Shown here: piece by piece, positions 49,938-64,000 of the stretch | Layout of the letters: the number at the start of each line of letters is the position of its first letter | How positions within the stretch are numbered: the stretch's first letter is position 1 | Source: the human T2T-CHM13v2.0 reference genome, Homo sapiens | Assembly: GCF_009914755.1 (NCBI RefSeq) | Contig: NC_060940.1 | DNA: 64,000 nucleotides | Direction: 5' to 3' (one strand) | The notes under the pieces: generated by a model | Database searches by the model: none | The model's input: the letters and a program-made list of their open reading frames with translations, nothing else | Told to the model about the DNA's origin: nothing | Position numbers and translations under genes: made by a program

Positions 49938-50301
49938 CTATATCCGGATGGAGTGCCTGATATAATTCTAATGTACATCCAGAGCTTAGTAGTAGTCGTG
50001 GAATGAATGAGGGAATGAATGAGTAAATGAATGAATAAGTGGACCACAACTCTACTCACAACTTTTTGATAGTAAGTCAGTGAAGAGGTCTACCACACTC
50101 TTCCCTCCTATTTATCCAAACCTAACAGATCTCCCCAGGCCTGGCATTTACTCATCAATAGAGCAGGTGGGTTACCTGAATCGTCTCACTTTTCACAAGG
50201 TTGCTGTTAGATTCTTCCTCTCATAGCACCAGCGTCACTGCTGGTTGGCATTTACGTCACTAGACTCTTTGCAACTCAAGATGCAAAGCACATTCACTTA
50301 C

Positions 50302-50416
50302 CCTCTCAGCCTCGTGCCCTCGCTGGGCATCGCAGATGTTGAATGGCTGGAAGTTTCTGAGAGAATCGCTCCAGGATCGCTCATCCCCCTGGCTTCCATC
50401 CACTCAACATCTTGAG
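50302..50416 (-). other. Candidate 115-nt internal exon (probably non-coding or UTR)
   Basis: Minus-strand acceptor cccagttttactttgcag|CTC and donor AGG|gtaagt; unique sequence with retained CpGs. Confidence 0.4.
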
Positions 50417-50619
50417 CTGCAAAGTAAAACTGGGCAAAGACGTGGAGAAACGTGGGAATAGTGCATGGAGGGAATTGTGGTTTTACATTCGCCATTTCTG
50501 TTATGAAAGGAACTACAAGCATCCTTCAAATAACATGCAGGTCTTGCTTTTCTTTCCATGATCACATCACCAGGAGGTGAGAGGGAGATCCTATCTCCAG
50601 CTAGTAAAGTCATAAAATG

Positions 50620-50958
<339 letters not shown>

Positions 50959-51891
50959 TTAGTAATGTTCATGCTAACCAGCAGTACCATTGGAGATATG
51001 TCAGGAAGATTCCATTGCAACCAGGTGAAAGGCGAGAAGTATCAAAGAGAACCCACTCACTCTATTTATGAGCAAAGGGTAGGCCTAAAGAGATCTTTCC
51101 ATACAGAAAAGAAAGGGGGAAATCATTGCAAATAAGACACTGGGGACAATTCTACCACCTGAAAAAGAGGAAGGATATACTCAAGGTAGACAATAAAAGC
51201 AGGTCCTTGAGACGTGCTTGTTAGAGGAAACACACAATCATTCACGAAAGCATGTGTTTGCGTCCCTAAGAAAATATAAACTCTATCACGAAGACTTGGC
51301 AGATCGGAAGATCAGACAACAGATTTAGCCAAGGAGAGCTGCCAGGAAGGCAGGCTAGGTGAAGTGGAAGCCAAATGGGGAAAGCACGGGCTGAAAAGGA
51401 GCTAAAAATGCAAACGCAGAGCGAAAATACACATTTGAAGCCACAAGGAGCAGACTCAATCCTACGGAAAATTGAATCAACAATGTAGAGTGTTAGTGGC
51501 ACCGAGCTCCAGAAAGTTAATTCCCTGCCAAAGACGAGGTATTTTGATATGAGTCATGGACATAATTAGGTACAACACTAGGGGCAGAGAGAATGTTTCT
51601 TTCTTTTCTGTGTCTTTTCTGAGATGGAACTGGAACTAGGGCCTAGAGCCTTCTCTGGCTTTGGTGAAAGTGCCTCCTTTGCCATCCTTTAGAAGACGAA
51701 ACAGAAGCCAGGCTGGAACCCAGAGGGTGGAAAGCAAGGACGAGATCTCTCAGGCCAGGCAAAGGCATCCTCAAAGCTGGTCTAGCAGAGCTTTGATCAC
51801 GAGCATAGAAAACTATAAAGGATTTGAGGCTCGGAGTCCTCTCTCAAACATTCAGAGGTACCAACAGCTGGAGGACGAACTTTCTAAACTA

Positions 51892-53857
<1,966 letters not shown>

Positions 53858-54143
53858 TGGCCAGAAGCGGTGGCTCACGCCTGTAATTCCAGCACTGTGG
53901 GAGGCCAAGGCAGGAAGATCACTTGAGGCCAGGAGTTCAAGACCAGCCTGGCAACATGGTGAAACCCTGTCTCTACAAAAAATACAAAAATTAGCTGGGC
54001 ATGGTGGTGCGCTTCTGTAGTCTCAGCTACTTGGGGGGCTGTGGCAGGAGAATTACTTGAGCCTAGGAGCCAGAGAAGTTGCAGTGAGCCGAGACCACAC
54101 CATTGCACCCCAGCCTGAGCAACAAGAACGAAACTCCATCTCA
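53858..54143 (+). mobile_element. Alu (AluS)
   Basis: Dimer. Confidence 0.9.
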
Positions 54144-54213
54144 AATAATAATAATACAATCAAGTCTTCCTAAGCTGACCTCAACAAGTACCAGGCCAAT
54201 TAAAAACCCAACA

Positions 54214-54485
<272 letters not shown>

Positions 54486-54745
54486 TTAAAGACCCAACAT
54501 TTATATATTCCATCATGAAATTCTCTATTTTGAAGATGAATGGGAAAAATCATGTAGGATTTCAGGAAAAATATTAATAATGTTGTCCATAAAGGAACAA
54601 AAATTGGGGCTGACCTCAGACATCACTTCCTCATCACCAGATGCCAAAAAACATGGACAGCTGCCCTCAGGATATTGAGGGGAAAGGTTTAAACCTGTGG
54701 AGTCTGTGCCCAGCCACGAGGCCATACACATCCGCAGGCCGTTAG

Positions 54746-55116
<371 letters not shown>

Positions 55117-55559
55117 CGAAATCCAGTCTTCGTGGCCGTCTCTGCTTCCACTCCCGCATCACCGCTCCCTGGCTCCCAGGCTCACTGCACTCTGGCGCAT
55201 CAGCCTTGTCCCTGTTCCTCAAAGTCGCCCTGCTCTATCCCTGCACAAAGCCTGCGCAAAGCCTTTGCACGTGCCATGTCCTCTGCCTGGACACGGTTTC
55301 CTCTGATCACCTGTGGCCGACTTCCTCTCAGTCTTCAAGTCTCACTCAGATGCCACCTGCTCAGAGAGGGAAAAGTTTGCTTCTTTGTGTATCATGCACA
55401 CGCATGCACACACATGCACATGAGCACAAACACACAACTGGAAGTTCCATGAGGACAGGAACCTAGTCATCCTCTTCACTGAATCCAGCTTCCATCATGG
55501 GACCCAGCACGTGGACAGTGACCAGCCCATAGACCATCATATCTTGCGTTCAAAGCCAA

Positions 55560-57860
55560 CCAGCACCCATATGAATAAAAACGGGGAAAGTTTACGAAAG
55601 GGACTTGCAATTAGCCATGAAACCAGTTAAGCATGGAATTAAGTTGCAACGATTATGACACGTATGAATAAAAAACAGAATTCAAGAGCAACTAATTTTC
55701 TCATCCTACCAGGAAATATGCAATATATGCTGTTTTGTTCTTCATAATTATAACAAAAATGGAAGTCCAAGTATTAAAAACAGAATTAATATCAGTATGC
55801 ATGCTTTTTAAAACATTAGTAAAGAAAAAAAGAAGCAAAACCTAATCTATATAGTAAAAGATTAAAAAAAAACTAAAAATTGGGAACATTCAACAAAAAG
55901 AAAGAAGTGAAAGAAGTGAGGCCAAGTGTATTTGTTATAGAAATAAATAGTATTTGTTTAAGACTCTCGGATTGTACCAAAAAATAAGTAAATAAAGCTA
56001 ACTCTATGTTCTTACCAGATATTCACCTAACAAAAAGACATGGAGAAGTTAAAATAAAAAGTCTAGTAAGAGATATATCAAGGGAATACAAACGAAAGAA
56101 AGCAGGGATAGCAATATTAAAATATGAAAAAAATAGGATGCAAAGTAAAAAGCATTCACTGGGGGAAAATAGCCATTTTATCTTGACAAAAGATAAAATC
56201 CACAATTCCGCAATGAAAATATAACTGTCAAGAATCTTCTTGTGATGAACAACATAGACTCAAACTTTTTTATGAAAACAAAAACTATCAGAAATTCAAG
56301 TAAAAATGGGAAGAATCCTATTGAAGAGAAAGAGATTAACCTACCTCATCCAGCTTTTGGCAGATAAAGGGAGTAAAGATAAATAAATGACAATTTAGAG
56401 GCTGGGTGCAGTGGTTCACGCTTGTAATCCTAGCACTTTGGGAGGCTGAGGCAGGAAGATTGCTTGAGGCCAATAGTTTGAGACCAGCCTGGGCAACATA
56501 GTAACACCTCATCTTTACAAAAAAAAAAAAAAAAATTTTTAATTAGCCAGGCATGGTGGCATGCACCTTTAGTCCCACTACTCAGGAGGCTGAGATGGAA
56601 GGATCACTTGAACCCAGGAAGTTGAAGCTGCAGTGAGCCATGATGTTGTCACTGCACTCCAGCCTGGACGACAGAGCAAGACTCTGCCTCAAAAATATAT
56701 ATATAACAATATAAAGCCCTTAAATAATACTATCTATAAAACTGCTTTAAACTGCACACAGGGAATGTACCTGCTTTTTCAAATAAAACATTTACGAAAA
56801 AAAAATATAAGGCAGAAATTGCATAGGCTACTTTCTCTATCATTCATTAAATTATAAATTAATGACAAAAAATTAAGCAAATAAGACAAGGCACTGGGAT
56901 TTTTTTAATAGACAGAGTCTCACTATGTTGCCCAGTCTGGTCTCTAACTCCTGGTTTCAAGTGATCTTCCCACCTCAGCCTCCCAAAGTGCTGGGATTAC
57001 AGGCATAAGCCACTGCACCTGGCCTATACTGGGAAATTTTTAACGTTCTACTAAATTATTCTTGGATCAATGAAGTAACAAAATCAAAATTTCTGAAGTT
57101 TTAGAAACAAAATTGTCATTGCATAATTTTTAGAAAATCATCTGAAAGAAAGCACCACATTTTAAAGCACTGCACTCATAGGATATGGCTAAAGTGGTGC
57201 TCAGAGGCAAACTCATAGCATTAAATGCATTCATAATTTTTTAACTATGAAAAAACAAAGTTTTCAATGTAAAAACTTGCAAACATTAACAAACCTCAGA
57301 AAAGTCAGACTAAAGAAAACTAGGATGTATCAGAAAATTAAAAAAACAGAATCAATAAATACAAGAGTAATGAGGCTTTTTTAAAAAAGATGGAGGAGGG
57401 GGCAATAAAACAGCTAAGCTGGCAAGACCTGGGCTGGAGAAAAAAAGGGAGAAGGGTAGAACAAATCAGGCCTGGGGCCTGAGGATGCGCAGTCTCAGTA
57501 CAGATCCTGTGTAAAGGTTTCAAGCCTGTCGGCTCTCTCTGGAGGTCTGGAAAGCAATTTTTACAGGGCCCATATCACCACTGGTAGACTTGAGCAAGAC
57601 AAAGCCATTAGAAAGAGAAGAAAAACCACAACATACACAGGAGCAGGAATGAGAAAAGGAAACTCATCAAAGAGAGGCTTTTTCTTTAAATCCTTTTAAA
57701 TTCCTTTTAAAATTCCTTTTAATTCCTTTTAAAAGGAATACTATGCTAAATAGCTAAAATACTATGCTAAATTTTATGCAAATACATTTGCAACTCTTGA
57801 TGAAGAAATTATTTTCTGAGAAAAGACAACTCACTAAAAATTGACTTAAGAAGTAGAAAA
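55560..57860 (+). mobile_element. Highly decayed L1 ORF2 remnant with Alu insertions (56400-56700 +, 56900-57024 -)
   Basis: ORF 56006-56224 reads KKAGIAIL...SHFILTKDKI, resembling the L1 endonuclease KKAGVAIL...GHYIMIKGSI; A-rich; taggatatggctaaagtggtgctcagaggcaaactcatagcattaaatgc. Confidence 0.75.
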
Positions 57861-57861
57861 C

Positions 57862-58165
57862 TGGACTGTGTGGTAGCTCATGCCTGTAAGCCCAACACTT
57901 TGGGAGGCCAAGGCAGGAGGATCACTTGAGCCCCGAAGTTCAAGACCAGCCTGAGCAACATAGCAAGACCCCACCTCTAAAAAAAAAAAAAAATTAAAAA
58001 TTAGGTGGGCATGGTGACACATGCCTGTAGTCCCAGCTACTCGGAAGGCTGAGATGGGAGGATCACCTAAGCCTGAAAGGTCAAGACTTCAGTGAGCTGT
58101 GATTGCACCACTGCACTCCAGCCTGGGCAACACAGTGAGACCCTGTCTCAAAAAAAAAAAAAAAG
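57862..58165 (+). mobile_element. Alu (AluJ)
   Basis: Dimer; TSD aagaagt(a/g)gaa(a/g)act. Confidence 0.9.
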
Positions 58166-58646
58166 AAGAAGAAGTGGAAGACTAAAGTGATCAATCAGCA
58201 AGGACTAACTTATTCTGCTTAGAATCCTCCCCTGTACTCCCCCAAGAACTCCATGGCTGCCCTCTTACAGTCGTTCAGGACTCAGTTCAGATGTCACCTT
58301 GTCAAAGAAGTCTCCCCAACACCGTATGCAAAACTCCACCTGCAAGAGCTACCTCATGACTCTGTTTCATGGAATTCAAGCACTACATCTCTATATGAAA
58401 TTATTGATTTATCTACGGTTTAACTTACTCATTTTCTCTCTCTCCACTGGAAGGAAGCTCCTTGAGGGCAGGAACCTTATATATGAAGTTCACCTAGTAA
58501 ACCTGGTGCCTAGAAGAAGACCTGGGACAGAATAGGTGTTTAATAGATGTGATGAATGAATGAATGAATGAATGAATACCAAAGGAGACAAGACAATTTC
58601 CAAAAACTCCTTCCAAATGACCTCTTATTACAAAGGAGAGCAAATC

Positions 58647-58926
58647 TTTTTTTTTTTTAAGAGTCAAGGTCTTACTCTGCCACCCAGCCTGGAGTGCAGT
58701 GGTGCAATCACAATTCACTGCAGCCAAGAAACTCCTGGGCTCAAGGGATCCTCCCATCTCAGCCTCCTCAGTAGCTAGGACTACAGGTGCACACCACCAC
58801 GTCTGGCTAATGTTTTTTGTAGAGATGGGGTCTTGCTATGTTGGTCTTGAACTCCTCACCTCAAGCAATCCTCCTGTCTCAGCCTCCAGAAGGGCTGGGA
58901 TTGGAGGCGTGAGCCACTGCACCCAG
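58647..58926 (-). mobile_element. Alu (AluJ)
   Basis: Antisense dimer. Confidence 0.88.
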
Positions 58927-59008
58927 GTAGGAGGACAGATCCTTAAAGAAGGGCTGGAATTGGAGGCATGAGCCACTGCACCCAGCTAGGAGGACAGATC
59001 TTTAAAGA
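58888..59008 (+). repeat. 59-bp tandem duplication
   Basis: agaagggctgg...aggaggacagatc(c/t)ttaa, twice. Confidence 0.9.
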
Positions 59009-60739
59009 TAGAAATAGGTATCTTGGAAAATACTTCAAGGGTTGGAACAACTCGGCCAGCAGGTAAGGGTTTGGTGCCTTTTGGAAAGATGACCTTGGGT
59101 CTCAAAATTCTACTCCATCACCGTTAGAGAAAAAATGTAAAGCAGGCTTCAAAAGTCACAAAGAGGTTATGGCTTATGCTGTCAAGAGCCTATTAGCCTT
59201 CACCAACTCAGAGGAGCCCAACTGCTTCCTGATCCCCTGAGTTCCAGGGGTCATTTCTGATCTGCAACTGGTGACATATAAGCCACCATCACCAATGTAT
59301 CTGTTCTCATTGTCTGTCCCCTCCAGAATGCAAGCTCCATAAGACAAGGACTGTCCGCTTTGTCCCCCACTGAATCCACAAGTAAGGGCTTAATAAATTT
59401 AGGTTACATGCGCAAATGAAGAAACCACCTCCTGTCGTCTGTCTTCCTCCTTTGGAATGGAAGCTCCATGAAACTAAAACCCTCATTCGTCTTGTTTCCT
59501 GCTACAGTCCCCTGCACCTAGACAAAGCCTAGCACATAGTAGGTGTTCATGAAAATGAATGAAAGAAGGGATGAGAATTTGTAGACTCTCCTTCTGAGTC
59601 AACCCAAGTGTTCATTACCTACCAGTCCCAGGAAATTTGGCTTTTGGTTGGAGTGGGCATTTTTTGAATAACAGCTATTCTGACCAACAGGGCATAAGTC
59701 AGAAAACTGAAGGTCAAGGTCTAGCAGAACCTTAAGGGATAGACAAAGATCAGCAACTAGAAAGCAGGGCTCCAGGTTCTGGTGCCAGTTCTGCCGGTGA
59801 CTAGGGGATGGTTTGGAAAAGGGTCTCTCCCTGCAGAGACTTGCATTTCCTTGTTCATAAAACAAAGTGTTGATTTTCAGACAGTGATTTGCAAAAGCGT
59901 GGGTTGCACATCACTGAGGCATTGAGGTAGATCGAGCAATTGGCAGCATGTCAGGTAGGGGGAAGTGTTACGAAAAAAAAAAAAAAACAAGCTGCGTAGT
60001 GGAATAAGGTGGGGAGGTGACTGCGACTTTAAATAGGGTGGCCAAGGAAGACCTCATTCACAAGGAACGTTTGAGGGAAGTGATGGTGTGGAAATCTGGA
60101 GAAAGAGTTTCAGGCTAAGGGAGCTGCACGTGCAAAGGCCCTGGGGCAGGAGCATGCCTGGAGGTGTGTGTGCAAGAGGACAGTGGGGCTGCAGCATAGA
60201 CAACGAGGAAGAGCATCATGGGAGATAGGGCAGAGAGTAACGGGGCAGGTGATGGCAGGTCTTGTAGCTACCAGGAGGACATTGGCTTTACCAGGAATGA
60301 CATGGGAGCCATTGGAGGGTCTGAGCAGAGGGACCCCAGCAGTATGCAGTAGGATTGCTCAGCACGGTGGGGGATAAACAGAAGCAGGATGACCAGTGAG
60401 TGGGATGCTGGAGTCATCCAGGCCAGAGACGGTGCAGGCTCAGACCAGGGGGGCGGAGGAGACGGGGAGAAATGGTGAGACTCTGGATGTGTTTGGGAAA
60501 AGAGTCAGCAGGATTTGCCAATAGATTAAATGAGCTGTGTGAGGATGAGTGTGTGTTTGTGTCTGTGGGGAGAGAGAGAAAGGAGTCAAAGATGACTCCA
60601 AGGTCTTTTGCCTGAGAAATTGGAAAGATGGAGCTGTCTTTTGTTGAGATGGGGCTAAGAGAGGGGCAGGAGTGGGGTGTGGAGGAGTCATCTGTGCCAC
60701 CAATGTTCAACCTGTTATCAGTGTTCCCTGGTTTCTACT

Positions 60740-60890
60740 TTCTTTTTTTTATTATTATTAAAAAATATTTTTTTAGAGATTGGGTCTCGCTATGTTGCCC
60801 AGGCTGGTCTCAAACTCCTGGCCTCAACAAATCCTCCCACCTCAGCCTCCCAAAGTGCTTGGATTACAGATGTGTGCCACCCTGCTGGCC
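60740..60890 (-). mobile_element. FLAM
   Basis: Antisense monomer. Confidence 0.85.
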
Positions 60891-62844
60891 CCAGGTCTCT
60901 GCTCTCTAAGCACATAGTAGGACTGAAATTCTCCAGTCCTTGAAAAGGTAGACATGGCCATGTGATTTGCTTTGACCAATGAGATGCAAGCAGGATGGTC
61001 CGTGCCACTTCTAGGCAAGGACTCATACCCTTTCCTGCCTTGACAGCCATGGAAAATCAGAGATGGAGCATCCTTTATCCAGGTCCCCAATGAGGTCACC
61101 ATGAAGTAGAGCCCCCCACTGACCTGCTATGGACATGTCACGGGAGTAAGAAGTCAACTAGGGTTGTCTGCAACCTCCCACATCTGCAGATTGCTGCAGA
61201 TAGCTGCAACAGCATAGCCCAGGCTGCCCTGGCTGAGGAGGGCAGAAAACAGATGATTAGGTAGGGACATGTTAATCTGAGATGCCTGTGAGATCCCCAT
61301 GTGGAGAGATCCACCAAGCGGAGACAGTGACTCGTGTCCAAGTCTTCTGCCTCTCCGCCCCGCCCAACTGTGTTCTGGAGAGGGTTTTCCTCCTCTATGC
61401 CCCTTCCAGGACCACCCAGCAAGTCTCCCTCAAGGTGGGGCCCGGGCCAAGTGGAGCTGCCTGGGACAAGGCTGGCAGAGGGGGGCAGAGAGTGTGGCCA
61501 GTGGTGTCCAAGGGGCTGGAGGAGTGGGGCTTTCAGCCTCCCATGCCCTCTTCCAGAAAAGGATCCCCTGTAGAGAAACCAGGGTGGAGAGAGGCCCAGA
61601 GAGAAGGGGGTGGCATGCAGACATAGACAAAGGGAAGCAGAAGCCCCACAAATGTGTCCAGAGGGGACAGAGGCAATCAAGTTGACTTAGGGAGAAGCTG
61701 CTTCCCACATGCCACGTTTGCTTAGAGTGTGAATGACTAATAAAAATAGCACTGTTTTCCTAAGATGTTTGTATTCTTCTAGTCACACTTTACAGAAGAC
61801 TTCTTTTTGTTGTTATTATTAGCGTATTATTATTATTATTTGGGCAACATGAAGAGGGGTCAGTGATGAAACGAAGCCCCCATCCTCCAAACACTGCACC
61901 CACCCACTGCTGCCAACTGGGAGGACAGAGGGGGACTGGAGGGCAGAGTCAGATGAGGGAGGGTCTGGCCTTCTTCATCCGTCTGGATGGGGCGCAGCCA
62001 CTCCCCCGGGGCTGAGGCCTCAAGGAGTCACTTCCCCTGTAGGGGCCTCCTGGAAAAGAGCAAGGCGAGGCGGGAAGGGCCACGTGTGCTGCTACCGCCT
62101 CCCCTGGGCTATTTCGGGCTCCCCTCGCTCGCCTCTCTCCTCTCCAGCTTCTCGGGCACCCTCCTCCCTGTGTGTGAGTGCACGTGCACATGTGTGTGTC
62201 TGTGCATGCATGCGTGTGTGCACACACGTGTGTCTCTTTCTCTGCCCACATATTTCTCCCTTTCTCCATCTCTGTCTGTTTCTGTCTCATTGCTGCTCTC
62301 TGCATCTCTGTCCGGGTGTGCACCCAATGCGGTGCACGTGCCTCGATCTCCCTTTGCGTCTTCTCATCTCTCTCTGGGTCTCTGTGTCTCTGTCTCTCTC
62401 CTCGCTCGCTCCCTCTGTATGTGTCTGCCTTTCTCTCTGTTGGTCACTCCTTCTGTGGTCCCCTCGGTCCCCCTCGCAGCCTCCCTCTGCATCCCTCTCA
62501 GATTCTGTGTGTGCCACCCGCCCTGCGTCTGTCACCCCCCACTCCTCACAATGTCTGTGTCTCCTGCCCTCCTCCTCCCCTCCTCCCCCGTGGCTATCTC
62601 TGATGCACACTCTGGGAGGCCAGGACATGGGACAAGGCTGCCACGGCCACTGTCCTCGCCAAGCTCCAGCCCAAATACCCACCCCAGCTCTGCTTCCAGA
62701 AGCACCGACCCTCCTCAACCTCCATCACCTCCCATCCCCAGTCCCCACCATCGGGGAAGAAGGACGGCCCCTGAGAAGGGACCCTGCCCCCTCCAGGCAA
62801 GCTTGGGGCCAAGTCCTCTTCCATATCTCACCCACATCGCCCAC

Positions 62845-63126
<282 letters not shown>

Positions 63127-63611
63127 TTATTATTACAAATATTTTTACATAAAAAGAAAAACAACTGGGGGCTGGGAACTCAATCCTGTCAAGAGCAAAA
63201 CTCTGGCCTAGAAGTTGCAAATTGACGGGACAAGGGTCTACCCACCCCTCGAAAGTGTTTTATTTTGGCCTGCAGATCAGATGTCTTTAAAAAAAAATGG
63301 ATTTGCTGCCAAATGTGAACAATCAACAGATGTCATATAAAAACTGGGAGTTTTGAACAAAAATGGACCACTAGGCACTCCACGAGCCACCCCCTCCTGC
63401 AGTGAGAAAGCTTCTGGAACTACACAGCGGTTGCCCAGCCCCCGCAGGCCCCCTACTCCTTCCTCACGTCACTCTCGTAGGTTTCCAGGCTGGCCTCTGT
63501 GGGATTTTAGTTGGTGGCTCTGGACCCGAGGGAAGGTCCAGCCTCCAGGAGCCCAGTGGTCCTGGCTCTGGCCTCTGAGGGGTGGTGATTTCACCTTTGC
63601 TGCAGCATTAT

Positions 63612-64000
63612 TCTATTTTTATTTTTATTTATTTTTGAGACAGGGTCTCCCTCTGTTGCCCGGGCTGGAGCACAGTGACACGATGACAGCTCACTGCAGC
63701 CTCAAACTCCTGGGCTCAAGCGATCCTCCCACCTCAGCCTCCTGAGTAGCTGGGACTTACAGGCACACACCACCACACTTATCTAATTTTTAATTTTTTT
63801 GTAGAGATGGGGGTCTTGCTATGTTGCCCAGGCTTGTCTTGAATTCCCCAAGGGATCCCAAAGTGCTGGGATTACAGGCGTGAGCCATTGTGCCGAGCTA
63901 GCATTGTTCTAATAAACTCCCCCTTTTATTATTTTTTTTAATTTTTTTTTTTAAGACGGATTCTTGCTCTGTCCCCCAGGCTAGAGTGCAGTGGCACGAT
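63612..64000 (-). mobile_element. AluJ (63612-63900) plus part of another antisense Alu cut by the window end
   Basis: Antisense Alu consensus. Confidence 0.88.

Noticed and set aside
55505-55520. REST-like site CAGCACGTGGACAG (and CAGCACACGGATAA at about 40208)
   Set aside because: One base short of canonical RE1 half-site spacing.
56006-56224. ORF with an endonuclease-like motif
   Set aside because: Dead L1 ORF2 fragment surrounded by stops and frameshifts.

Overview
Primate (human-like) non-coding genomic DNA, intronic or intergenic. I cannot support any protein-coding gene. The ORF track is explained by Alu antisense ORFs, simple repeats and decayed L1/LTR sequence. The window holds about 45 Alu/FLAM copies, many MaLR (MLT1/MST) LTRs, and three solo LTRs with intact ends and TSDs (MER61, LTR47-like, MER41). 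It also has old L1 remnants, MER20/MER3/MER91 DNA transposons, and long (GGAT)n, (GGGAT)n and (CA)n tracts. The non-routine structures are: (1) a TSD-flanked U6 snRNA/L1 3'-end chimeric retrocopy; (2) a young ~500-bp inverted duplication (38924-39418 vs 42537-43061, ~98% identical in the unique part) around a 3.1-kb spacer, a possible inversion substrate; (3) further local templated copies of different ages (30336-30488 inverted, ~52500-52756 direct, a 59-bp tandem); (4) a candidate 115-nt minus-strand exon whose 3' splice site can pair in a 17-bp stem with sequence just past its 5' splice site; (5) p53 and STAT motifs retained in LTRs. I see no clear novel multi-gene system. The best leads are the cluster of local template-switch scars and the hairpin-gated exon. 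Repeat subfamily names come from recalled consensus sequences and need RepeatMasker confirmation. The chromosomal locus was not identified.
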